This document shows positions 12,730 through 24,917 of a stretch of DNA of 64,000 nucleotides, piece by piece. How positions within the stretch are numbered: the stretch's first letter is position 1; the number at the start of each line of letters is the position of its first letter. The translations under genes and the position numbers were made by a program. The stretch is taken from NCBI GenBank assembly GCA_951406725.2, contig OX597814.1, positions 68,448,001 to 68,512,000 of the forward strand, given 5' to 3'. The notes beneath the pieces were generated by a model, which saw only the letters and a list, made by a program, of their open reading frames with translations, searched no databases and had not been told where the DNA came from. The DNA is from Octopus vulgaris. Lineage: Eukaryota.

Positions 12730-13680
12730 CCTGAAATTAGAGAACTAAAACGAAAATTATCGACAGGTCATGCATTTCTATTTTCAAAAAAAGGCAACAA
12801 AGCGGCGGGAGCCTACAGGAAGTTATGAGTTGTGCGTGGAAAGGAGGCTATTACGGAATATGTGTGTCAGAAGTGGCTTCGATCGAGAAATTGTTCAATT
12901 TAACATGCACTTCGCTCTGACCGGCCAGCTGATGCCATTGACTAAATGATGAAATTAGTCGACACCGACACTCGTTATACGATGAGAATGATCGTAGATG
13001 TTTTTCAAATATCCAAATTGTGTATTGAAAAATCATCTGCATCAACTTGGTTGTATCAGCTTGTTCAATGTTTTGGTCTCAGATCAATTGAAAGAGGCTA
13101 ACCTCATCCAACGGATTTCCATTGCAGAAACATAAAGAAAATGACCATTTTTTGAAGAAAACAATGATAAAGGAGAAAAAATGTGGAGAAGCGCTGCTAA
13201 TCGCCACAAGAAGATTATACTTTCAATTGGAAGAGTGTCTTCTTTTACGAGTTTGTTCCTACGGACAGGACCATCATTTTAGATTTACAGTGACTAGCTA
13301 AATAAATTAAACGTAGCGAACTATCAGAAGCATCCAGCACTTGCTAATTATAAGGGCATTGACATTCATTACGATAACACCAGATTGCCCGCTTACTTGC
13401 AGACGCGGTAGAAGTTACTAGGATTTTGCTAGACGTTTGTGCTGCACTCTATATTTGCCCGACCTTACGCGTTCAGATTTCCAATACTATCGGTCTCTTC
13501 AAAATTCATTGAGTGGACATACCTTCAACTCACAAAAGAGTGTAAAAATTCACCTGGAATAATTTTCGCCAGTAAAGACAATACTTTGAGCAGGAAAAAT
13601 CGTATCTGTCCACAAGATGGCAGTCGATTCTGGAACGAAATGGTAATTATATGATTGATAGAATAAATCGCTTTTTTGTT
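12730..13680 (+). mobile_element. mariner (DD34D-type) transposase relic
   Basis: FSKKGNKAAGAYRKL..AITEYVCQKW (HTH), HYDNTR (HDNARPH-like), PDLTRSDFQYYRSLQNSL (YSPDLAPSD-like); heavily decayed. Confidence 0.75.
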
Positions 13681-13689
13681 TGGAGGTAG

Positions 13690-16080
13690 AAGATATTGCA
13701 AGAGCAAGAAAGTAGATTCTGTTATCAGTAGGATAGATAATGAAAATATATGTGACATTACTTATGGATTTATGCAGGAGGGATAGTAGTTACTAGCAAA
13801 CAAAAATTCCTCAAGAGAAGAATAAAGGAGCAGGAGTGGAAAGGGAGACTAGAAAAACACTCTAAGACAAGATCTAAGTAGAATAGAAGCCTAGAAACAG
13901 AATAAGTTAGGAAACAAAAGATTTAACTCCTCTTGAGAGAAAATATATAGTCAAAGGGTTAGGATAGTCATGGAAGAAATGAGACAGTATTATAGTAATA
14001 ATAAGTAAGATTTCAAGGAATCAGAAAAAGAATAGGAGAGTAACAACAGATCAGGTTTTTTGAGATAGACCAGAGGAGATTTTATCGTAGTATAGAAGAA
14101 ACTACAGAAGATGAGAAGCTTAATGCAAAGAAGCTTACAAAGTTCTGGAGTGATATTTAGGAAAAGCCTGTTAATCAGCATGAAGACTGCAGCATGAGTA
14201 CAGAAAACGAGATAAAAGCAGTCAGATTCAACACCAACTTGTGCATTAATGGGTAAAGTGCTAAGAAGAATGCCGAACTGGAAGGGTTCAGGACCAGATT
14301 TAGTTCAAGGGTACTGGTTAAAAAAATTTAGCAGCTTACACGAGAGACTGAGGGAACAACTTCAGGATTGCCTGAACAGAGGAGTTGTAACTAACTGGGT
14401 GACTACATGTAGAACAGTACTTCTTATGAAAGACAAAAGCACTGATGTGAAAGTTGTTAACAGGAATGCTCTAAGAAAGCAATTATGAGCACCTTGACAA
14501 CCAGAATTTACTTCGAGAACAGGAAAGTAGCAGGAAGACGGCGAGAGGAACGCATGATCTATTATACATAGAAAAAGCAGTCCTAAGACAAGTAAATTCT
14601 ATAAAGAAAAAAATGGATAGATTACAAGAAAGCGTATGACATGATTCCACACTCATAGGTAAGTCAAGTTTTGAGAATATTCAGTATTGTAGACAACACA
14701 AGAAAGTTAATTAGCTATAACATGAAGAAATGGAAAGTAGATCTCTACTCAGGTGATAGAGCTTTAGGGAGAGTTAATACCAAGATAGTAATTTTCTAGA
14801 AAGATTTGTTATCACCTTTAATATTTGTGTTGTGTTTAATCAGTTTAGTATAATGAAAGGCAAAGGCAGGGTATCAGCTTAGAGATAGTAAAGTAAAAAT
14901 TAACCATTTGTTCTGCATGGATGATCTAAAGCTCTTTAGCATGAATAAAATGAGATAGATTCCTTTATACAAACTGTAAGACACTGTAGCAAAGATACAG
15001 GCATGGAATTTGGCATAGATAAGTGCACAATATTAATCATAAATATGGAGCAAGTAGTCAGCAGTGAAGGCATCCAATTACCAGATGGTTGGACATTAAA
15101 TTCACTGAAAGAAGGTGAAAGTTATAAGTATCTAGGATTATTATAATCTGACAAAGTACTGAAAATTGAGGTGTACATCAGAAGGGTAAGGAGGCTAATG
15201 AAGTCAAAGCTAAATGGTCCGAATCTAACGAAGGCTGTAAATACTTGGAAAGTATCATTACTTAGATACTCAGAAGCTTTTGTAGATTGGAAAACAATCT
15301 GAATTAATAATTTTAGACAGATCAGCTAGGAAGGAATTTAATGAGTGGAAGATTTCATCCTAGAGCAGGAGTAAAAAGACTATATTTACCTAGAAAGGAA
15401 GGTGGAAAAGGATGAATATCAGTAGAAAATTGCATAGAGTTAGCTCGAGCAGATATAGTTTCCTATGTAGGTAATAGTGAGAAAATTTTATTAAGAGTGG
15501 CTAGAGTAACTGTGAGAGAAACCAAAAAGCCGAATGTGGTTAAAAAGCGGATAAAAGAAGAGAGAATATCGGACAGGCAAGGGAAGGCTTTGCATCATAG
15601 ATTTCCAAAGACAGCAACAGAAAATAGTAATAGTAAGACACAGTTGGAGTTGCAGAAAGGAAGGCTGAAAAGGGAGGCAGAAAATTTATTTGTAGTAGCT
15701 CAAGATCAGTCTTTGGGGACTAATTAGATAAAACTCATCATAGACAAAAATCAGATAGATTCCCAATGTAGGTTAAGTAATACAAAGAAGGAAAGTATTA
15801 GGTGTTATTCATGTAGTTAGTGAATGTAGTATATTGGAACAGAAAGAATAAATGAAAAGACATGACATCCTAGGGAGAATAATCCTCTGAGGGTTGTGCA
15901 GCTAGGATTTAAACATACTGATATGTGGTACGAACATGAAACTAGTAAAGTGCTAGAAATATAAGAAATATAAGATGTTATGTGATTTAACATTCATACT
16001 GACAGAGTAATAAAAGCTATAAAGTCTGATTTAGTATTATTAGAAAAAGAGAAGAGAAAGTGCCAGGTAATTGACATTAC
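13690..16080 (+). mobile_element. R4/Dong-like RLE non-LTR retrotransposon, decayed
   Basis: MPNWKGSGPDLVQGYWLK, DYKKAYDMIPH, NHLFCMDDLKLF, YKYLG, AQDQSL, RHD; same family as 34290-37560. Confidence 0.9.
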
Positions 16081-16299
16081 ATCAAAACAACAAAATCATC
16101 AAAATTACTTCTTTGGTTCTTTCCACCTTTCGTAAAAATTTGTAGGAGGCAAAACTCTTTTTCTACCTTCTTTTTAATGTTGTACTTGAAATAGTTGATG
16201 GGAGCTTAGTCAAAGAGGAAAATAATTAAACTCAAATGGCTTTATAGCATTTTATTTCTTTGATCGTGAGTCGCAAAAGACTGTCAGTGTAGGTGTCGA

Positions 16300-18420
16300 A
16301 GTTCAATGTTTCCAGACTACCGGCACTCGTGATCTGTTCATCGCATGCTACTGGAAAACTAGAAATATCAGCATAGAGTCGGATTGTACGCTATCGTTTC
16401 GGTCAGTCAAATACTCAGTTGTAGATTTGTCTCCACGCAGTGTCTTTTCTACCTTGACCTATCATGCTTCAATGCACACGGTCTAGTTTGACATGTATTT
16501 CCTATCAGAGATATACGCAAGCTCCATTCTTGCTTCCCGTACATCATTTGTTTTGCATCGTCAATGAGCTCCTCCTCTACTATTCTCTATAGTCTCCCTT
16601 TGTTATTTTCTGTTTAGCGAGACTTCCCTACCTGTTGTTCGTGGATCCCTTCAGTTTTTAAACTAGCTTGCTAAAATCCTGCCTATCTGAAAGCGGAATA
16701 CTTACTCTAAGCTTATCTCCAGACAGCTACTCTAATGTAACAATCAATGCGAAAATTGTAACATGCGAGATGTCACATACCTTTCGTGTCAGATACTCCC
16801 ACTCAATGCCAGAATGCATTCCAGTCACCAACAAACACTAACGAACAAAATGTTCATAAGCAACTATAGAAATCTGGCTGCGCAACTCTTGGTGGAGCGT
16901 AAATCGTCGAGTTCACTTTTGTTTACGTTTAAGACCATCGATTTTACCATCTGAGAACAGGAAAACCGTACTTGTATTTATATCCAAGACTTTACGAAAC
17001 AACACGCATGTTTGAGTATGGTAGCTATCACGGTGACCAATCTGGTTTCTCTGATAGTTATCACAGCCAGACGTAATGTACATTTGTACCACCTTTCCTC
17101 AGTATGGCCATTTTAGGAAGAGAAAATGAAATCTTCATATCCAGAATTTTTAATGTTTCGCATTATGTAGCATTTGATTTTTTTGTGAGCAGTTCACTTC
17201 AAGTGTGATTCTCACCAGAAGATTTTATTTTACGTTTTAAATAGATAAGACATCATAGTTTTCACCTGTGGTTGAAATTTTGTCTTTGAATGTACCAAAG
17301 TTTACCAAATTTTCGACCTATATTCGAAGAACTATGTAGGTAAACAGTTTATTTGTGAGTTGTCATTCTCTGTTCTGTTTTTGCTAATGTTCTTATTGTT
17401 GTGATGATGACTGATGCAGGCATTGGTATGTTTCGATGTTTCTCTTTGTATGTTGTGGCGGAGATGATAGTCTTTTTGTTCTTGATTCTGCTTTGGTGTC
17501 GCTGTTGTTTATTTTTCTCTGGTTGATACAATGACTCTTGGTTGTTGTTGTTGTTCTTGTGACTTTTACTGAGTCAGGTCTCTTGATTCTTTATTCGGAC
17601 CTCTCCTCTTTTTTCCAGCTCTTTAAATATCTTCCGTTTCTTCATTTTGGGCTCTACCTTGTAACTTACATGTTCGAAGGTTCAGAAAGTGCAGAGGTTA
17701 AGTTCGAATTTGCACATTCTAAGGTTAGATTTGCCTATTTTGTTTTTTGGTCTGGCGGAGAATTCTTTCTCTAAATATGTGAGCAAATTGTTGTTGTTTC
17801 TGCTGTTGTCGTTATTGATCTTGTTGTTGTCGCAATCGGTGTGATGGTAAGAGTTGTAGACAGAAAAAATCTACTTTCATTTTTCTCTTCCATGGACCAT
17901 GTTTTCCAACATATTTAGCACTTTGAAAGAGTGACCCAGGATGCAACTTAGTTCCTCATGCAACCAACATTTGTAACTCCAAACGAATTTCCGATTTATT
18001 CTTTTGAATGATAGACCTCGGCCCTTTCAACACTTCATTTTCTTCTCTCTAGCCTGGTCCCCGTTTATTGCATATGGTGACTCGGATTTTGTTCATCCCT
18101 TATCCTAATTACTAGTGGGATTATTATAAAATGTTGAGAGGAAAAAAAATTTAGTGGCAACTCTTCTGGGATCCTTTTCACTGTTGCAGATAATATAATC
18201 ACCCTATATTGCTTCCATCTCATTAGGTAGGGTGACTGTGCACTAAATATTCAGTAAGTATTTTACTCTCTATGCTACGCGTGTATATTGCAGCTTTTGC
18301 TCTTGCCCATTCTTTTCTCGGATGCTAATTAGTACTTCGGGTGAGGTTTAATAAACCCTGAGCGTGTTAATCGATCTTTCCTTATTGTTGATTAATTGCG
18401 TTACTGCTTCCGTTTAGCTG
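16300..18420 (-). mobile_element. Tx1/L1-like LINE 5' remnant (AP endonuclease plus presumed ORF1), highly decayed
   Basis: Minus strand IYAPP and FVGDWNAF motifs near 16800-16910; the upstream ORF1 assignment is inference only. Confidence 0.45.
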
Positions 18421-18647
18421 TTGTTGTGCCGTCGTTGCTTCTGCTGCTGCTGATGTTGATGATGATTACTTTTGTTTTCTGTATCCATTGTATATGGTGA
18501 TATCGTCAAGGCAACGGCAATGATACTTTTGGTTGTTATGGCAGGAGAGACGCTGGCAGTTTTAGCTCTGACGTTCTCCTGTACGCTCTGCATTACCCAT
18601 TTCTCTTTCTTTTGCTTCTTTCTTACACGTCCTCTTCTCTCTTTCTG

Positions 18648-18694
<47 letters not shown>

Positions 18695-19885
18695 ATCTAT
18701 CTATCTCTCTATTACAAAGATTTAAAAATAAAATAGCTAATTTTAGGAGACTAACTTATAGATAATGCCCCGACCCAAGACAACTTCAGAAACATTCGCA
18801 TAAGGAAAATTACACAAATTTTGAGAATACAAAACAGAAACTCACGTTTAGGGAAAATGTTTAAGATTGGCCAAATTTTGTCAAAACCTAAGGCAATCTA
18901 AATCCTTCATGACTTCAACGTAGGTAATGAATTTTTTTCTTTTTACTTTTTGTTTGCACCAGAGCGTGAGATGACAATTAAAAATAAATCGTAAATTGTG
19001 GGGTCTTACATTGATAATCAAATTAAGGAAAGCTTAAATATAAGTGTATTTGCTATAGAAATTAATGAAGGGTGAGGAAAATGATGCAGTGATACAAATG
19101 ATGAAGATGATGCAGTGATATTCTTGTGATACAAGAATATCTCCATCTATGGTCACCAAAAGAACTGCGCAGAAACATGATCATCAAGTGACCAGTATAG
19201 CTGTTATACTCTGACTTACAGTTGTCTCGTCTACTCTTGTCTCACCCAACTTTCATTAAGTTCATATGAGATCAGAAATTCTTTGTACGTCCTCTCATTT
19301 TTTGCAATTGAAAATTGAAAGAGTTGATAACAGCTCGACCTAAAAGGAAAGTGTTTGTTCTTCCTCGTAGCTTTCTCGTATATCAATCAACCTCTTTCAT
19401 AAAATGTCACCTGACAGAGGGAAATTGTCTTTACTCTCTGACGAGCTAATCATTACAATAGATTCGACTGATTTCTGGGTCCATCCCACATGTTTGATAT
19501 ATAAGTCTACCAGTCAGCCATGTCAGGAATCTTACCAAGTGCATGCAGAGAAGTTTTGACATTCTGTGCACATCTCAGACAACTTGTCTGGCGTTGCATG
19601 CATGTCTGCAGAATTTATCTCCAGCCAGCTGCTACCTTCGTTCATTCTGCCAGGTTAGATACAATCCTTTATAGTCCTCAAGCTAAAATTTCTACGGAAT
19701 ACACTAATTAATTTTGACTGACGCCCGGAGCAACCCTGAAAATTTGACAAGCTTCTCCAACACCATTCTTCCATAGAGTCCTAGAGTGAGTCCAGACAAT
19801 ACCATTACTCAACTAGTAGAGCATGTTGAACAATTAACGACATTATTCATGTAAATCCCGGTCATTGCTTGATCTAGGATTTCAG

Positions 19886-19929
19886 CTCCGTTCGTATGGC
19901 ATGCGGATAAACATGCCATACGAACGGAG
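19886..19929. other. perfect 18-bp hairpin with 8-nt loop
   Basis: ctccgttcgtatggcatg cggataaa catgccatacgaacggag. Confidence 0.95.
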
Positions 19930-20199
19930 ATCACACAGGCTCATTACTTAGGTATCGCAGCAGATGGTACAGCCAACGTGTTGTTTCCATACCACGGCCA
20001 GCAGTCTAGCTCATCAAATAGAAGGCTCTGATAAAAAAATAGACAGCCTGATGAGACAGGAACTCTTATCTTTGACGAGAACTCGAACATTTGAAGTCTG
20101 ATCAGACGGCAACTGTGCAAGGTACAACAAAGCCCTTATTCCATAACATATTGGTTATGAATAATAACCTCTTATCACAACGGAAAAGGGGGCATCAAA

Positions 20200-21010
20200 A
20201 TTCAATTGGTGCATCAGGAAATTATTGAAACAACAAAAAGAAACAAAATATAGACAAGATATGGATTGGTTATCGAAGAACTTTTGGCAGCATGACGCAG
20301 TCATGGATAGTGGAGACATTACTGGTAAATAAAATAGTATTGATTTTATCAGAATGTACCGAACAAACTATACTGAAATGAAAAGTAAGTCAAAGAATAC
20401 GTCACAAAAATATCTCTAAACTCATGGGAAGAAAAATTCATCAAACAAACCCCCTTGCCCTCATTCCTCTTTTCATTAACTTTATTCCATTTTCTGAATG
20501 AAGCTACTAATCTTTTACTTGCTACGGATATTTTACGAACGATATTGTATACAAGGAAGATTTAGATCCAATAACTGACCGAAAAACCGACTAAATCATA
20601 CATTATTCAAGCTGAGAACATCATACAAAGTTCGAAAATTTGCCTAAATCTGCAATATGAATTTAATAAATCTGAAAAGTTAGAATTTAGATGTTAAAAA
20701 TGAAAGCATTAGAAATACAATACGTCAAATTAGTTGAAACTGATATATTACAACAAACAAAAGAATTAGAATAATGCCATAATGAAACACAACGAAGAGT
20801 ATGAAAACGCTAATCCTCCCAGTTATAAACTACATCCTAAAAATAATAAACCTGAATTTCAACAATATCAGTTCATAGATTTTCGTTTCCAAAGTGAATG
20901 CATTCGAGAAAGCATTATTCATTTCAGTTAAATGAATATAAGGTCATTAAAATTATTCCAGGAAATAAATACTGATATAATTCAAATAGTTAGACTTAAA
21001 TAGATACCCT
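20200..21010 (+). mobile_element. possible PLE N-terminal/RT remnant
   Basis: A-rich decayed frame with NPPSYKLHPKNNKP, resembling the PLE P-x-LY-x-x-PK-x-HK-P motif. Confidence 0.4.
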
Positions 21011-21090
21011 ACGTGTTCGGTGTTTATACATATACATACGTGTGCGCGCACACACATACACACACATGCGCCCATACCCTCGTGTGTGCA

Positions 21091-21148
<58 letters not shown>

Positions 21149-21210
21149 TATATACGTTTAAATATTTGTTGTGCATTTATTTTATATGTGAAGTCGTGTG
21201 TTGAAACAGA

Positions 21211-21500
21211 TATTGTTATATTTCGGAATGGTCATATTGCCAGTATAGCCAATAAAAACACACGCACTATATATTTGGTGTTATTTTGCTTCAGTGATAT
21301 TTATTTTTTACATTAATCTTAATCTTATTTCGGCCAGAGTTCTTTCGTCACACTCTTGTGACCGCATCAGTGGTCCTTTGTTTTCTTCTTTCTTATTTGT
21401 TTGTGTCTCTCCGTCAGCCATTTTGTATTTCTCCAAATATACAGTGCGTGTGTTTTTATTGGCTATACTGGCAATATGACCATTCCGAAATATAACAATA
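21211..21500. repeat. 68-bp inverted repeat (21211-21278 / 21433-21500) enclosing a hammerhead motif
   Basis: Arms differ at one position. Confidence 0.9.
21332..21375 (-). ncRNA. minimal type I hammerhead motif (A9C variant)
   Basis: GACCA CUGAUGC G GUCAC AAGAGU GUGAC GAAA GAAC UC UGGCC. Confidence 0.6.
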
Positions 21501-21507
21501 TACATAT

Positions 21508-21579
<72 letters not shown>

Positions 21580-21780
21580 CGTTCCTGGGGCTAAACAGCA
21601 GTAACATCTGTCCCATCCAGGATTTCAACATTAAGTTGGCAAATACTCTTTACTTTAAAGTACTGTTACTGAATATCTCTCTTTCAGAGATTTAGAAATA
21701 ATAGGCTTTATATTTATATATGCGTGTGTGTTTGTGCGCGCGCATGTTTAAATATGTATGTATATACACATATGTATATA

Positions 21781-21823
<43 letters not shown>

Positions 21824-21873
21824 TCACATACACACAAACACACATACACGCATATATCTATCTATCTATCTCT

Positions 21874-21907
<34 letters not shown>

Positions 21908-21909
<2 letters not shown>

Positions 21910-22620
21910 TAGCAGCATTGCCCGGCTCGTGCGCTCGTGCATTCTATGCACGCGCGAATTAAGCTAAACTTGGATGAAGTTCAATCAAAATTCAATTATT
22001 TTGGTTTTAAAATCAAGCATTTAATGCCCTCTATTTTTGCGCTTATGTGTTCCATTTCCTCAATAGGAAGTACGTAGAAGCGTTTAATAAATTTTTGTTG
22101 ATCAAATAATTGCATTGTTGAATTATTCTTTTAAATCAGTATTTCCCAACGGGGATTTCAGGGGAGAGTTTCAGGGAATTGCTGGCGATGTATCGTGATG
22201 ATCAAAAATCCGGCCTGCCAAAATTTGGTTAAAATGATTCAAGCTGCAGACTCAACGCAAAATGGTCACATTTAATTCAAAGCGTTAAAAATGTTATGAA
22301 AACAATTGGTATGTGTTCACAAAGTCCAAACGATTAATACGAAAAAGCCCTCCAGGCTACATCCCGAAAATTCATTTCTTTGCCGAATTTCTACAATGTT
22401 TACGGCGATTCGTTTTAATATCTTTATTTTTTATTTTTCATGCAATTTACGCATGCTTGCATGCGTGGTGAACACAGTTCACGTCAAACAGCTGACTGAG
22501 TAAAGTTCACTATTCAATGCATGGGATAAGGCCTAAACAAACACATTATCGATTTTTGCACTTGCGAGATGAATTTCGAAACAGAAATTTTCATTCGCCT
22601 AAACTTCAAGTGACCCATTT
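21908..22620 (-). mobile_element. possible Helitron-like element (3' end at 21908)
   Basis: a|ctagcagcattgcccggctcgtgcgctcgtg is a reverse CTAG end with GC-rich hairpin, in (TA)n; the far boundary is a guess. Confidence 0.4.
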
Positions 22621-22766
22621 TTGGTGGTTCTACGCTTTGTTGGCTAGGAGGAGATGTGCTGGGAAGTTAAACACACAGACACACAAGTTGAGTTATATAT
22701 ATATATATATATATAGATATATATGGCGGGGGGTGGGTGAAATATAACGTCTTGATTGACAGTCTG

Positions 22767-23902
22767 ATATTTCGGAATATAAAAATTCCTTCCCCAGATA
22801 TCGCTAGGAATTGATCGAGTCACTGCTATAATCGGTTTTCCAACAGTTACTAATTTTTTTTCGAAGCGTCTCTGCAGTGGTCTCACGGAGCTCCTTCCAG
22901 AATTCCTCATGAGAAGTGCGTGAGGGCGGTTATGTCCCAAGCTCATGTGTGTTGGCATATCCGCAGCGCTGCTTCTAAGTTATGTAGGCAGATATTTTTA
23001 TTTTTTATCATACCTAAACATGTTATCAGAAATTAACTTACTTGCATCCAGATGTAGCTAAATAATATATTGTTTCCTAATTTCCAACCTGTTGTTAATT
23101 TGGGGCCCTAGTCTGTCTATGAGGATAGTTTCCTTAATTCTTAGATTTCCCAAATTTCTATTTTTGGCTTCAAATGTGACCATTATGCTTTTTGTCGGTG
23201 GTCTAGCATCTGTCTAGATGTTTTCTGAAGGTGGAGGCTTGCGTGTTTAGATGTTCCTTGATGCGAATGTGTAACGGTCATGTTGCGCTACCTACATGGA
23301 ACGTGTTGCATTTGTTACATTACATTCTATACACAATATTTAGCCGTTGTCATAAATATGTGTTACGGTAGTTAGCTAGTGTGCATTGATTGCTGTTCCT
23401 TGCTCGTTTCTTTGTTAGGTATTTTGTCAGAGAGGGGCCGGAGTGGGCTAGTTGTATGTCTAATTCTTCTTTTCTTATGGCTGTTCGGCCACAATTGAGG
23501 GCAATGACGGAAATTTTGGAATTCTAAGAATTAAGGAAGCTATCCTCATAGACAGACTAGGCCCCCAAATTAACAACATCCTGGAAATTAGCAAACAATG
23601 AATTATTAGAGCTACATCTGGATGCGTGTAAGTTCATTTCTGGTAACGTGCTCATGTATTATATAAAAAAAACTACACGTATAATGCATAACTTAGAAGC
23701 AGCGCGGCGGATTTGCCAACACACACGAGCTTGAGACATAGCCGCCCTCACGCATTTATGAGGAATTCTGGAAGATGCTTCGTGAGACCACTGTAGAGAC
23801 GCTTCCGAAAACAATTTAGTTACCGTTGGAAAACCGATTATAGCAGTGACTCTATCAATTCCTAGCGATATCTGAAGAAGGAATTTTTATATTCCGAAAT
23901 AT
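22767..23902 (-). mobile_element. PLE 3' fragment (GIY-YIG) with ~390-bp inverted terminal duplication
   Basis: Minus strand NIVYRM*CNKCNTFHVGSAT*PLHIRIKEHL..LRIKETILIDRLGPQINN; arms 22767-23160 / 23511-23902. Confidence 0.85.
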
Positions 23903-24007
23903 ATCATATAAGTCTATGAATAATCAAATTATAACAGTGATTATAGTCCATTCTGCATTGTTGTGCCATTCACAATGCTTCAAGTGAACTACAATATTCT
24001 CTAACAT

Positions 24008-24300
24008 ATATATATATATATAAAACAAGATGAGAATGTGTGAATGTGTGTCTGGCTGTATGTCTGTGAATCCCTAAAACTTGAGAACTACACAACCAAT
24101 TTCATTCAAATTTTATACATGCCTTAATTAGGGTCCATGTAGTGTCATAGGCCAAAAGAATTTTTAACTTCTTGCCTAGTGCGAGCCCACAGCAACATCA
24201 TATCTTCTCCACTATTTCAGTATTACGTGTCAAAGGTGAAACAATAACATCTCTCTATTGCAATGTCAGATACTTTCACTTTAATAATTTCACTTTAATA
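24008..24300 (+). mobile_element. possible Helitron-like 5' region
   Basis: tatatataaaa..gtgtgtctggctgtatgtctg..aactacacaaccaatttcattcaaatttt pattern typical of metazoan non-autonomous Helitron 5' ends. Confidence 0.4.
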
Positions 24301-24353
24301 CTGAAACTATTAAAGTGAAACTATTATCTCACATATATACAGGCATACATACA

Positions 24354-24398
<45 letters not shown>

Positions 24399-24472
24399 GC
24401 ATATATATATATTTCGTTTTGGGATTTGGTTTGCAAGATTCTTTATATGAGTGCGTGTGTTGAAGCATATTC

Positions 24473-24776
24473 TGTTGTGTCTGAGGAGAGTCATTTTCTT
24501 TTTGTTCCTTATAATGTAACACACTCACGGTAAAATTTCCACTTATTTCTTATTTTTATTTTCCTAAAAATCTTTCATTGCGTCTTGCAACCTTTTCAAT
24601 AAACTTGACTCTGTCCGTTATTTGTAAATAACATACAGAGTCAAGACTAGAGAAAAAGTTGCAAGACGCAACGAAAAAATTTTAGGACAATAAAAATAAG
24701 AAATAAGTGGAAATTTTACCGGTCAGTGTGTTACAGTATAAGGTACAAAAGAAAATGACTCTCCTCAGACACAACA
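24473..24776. repeat. fold-back repeat (24473-24614 / 24635-24776), each arm with a U3-A8 hammerhead-like motif
   Basis: Minus 24563-24603: UUUA UUGAAAA G GUUGC AAGAC GCAAU GAAA GAUU UU UAGG; plus copy 24646-24686 has a decayed core. Confidence 0.8.
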
Positions 24777-24799
24777 TTATATATATATATATATATATA

Positions 24800-24917
24800 T
24801 ATAGTTAATCCAAATATGAAAATACAAAGGGAAAACACAACAACGTGAGGATCTGGAACAAGTATAGTGTTATTGGACGCTCAGGAAATGAAAGAAAGAA
24901 GGAGGATTTAACGTTTC
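24800..24917 (-). mobile_element. truncated PLE terminal-repeat-like element
   Basis: Reverse complement of 45161-45272, truncated at GAAACGTT. Confidence 0.75.

Noticed and set aside
20047-20090. CTGATGA hammerhead candidate (also CTGACGA at ~19438 and ~51095/51584)
   Set aside because: No correctly placed stem II plus GAAA plus UH and stem I.
19200-20200. LTR retrotransposon gag/integrase relic
   Set aside because: GC content is suggestive but I could not read diagnostic motifs.
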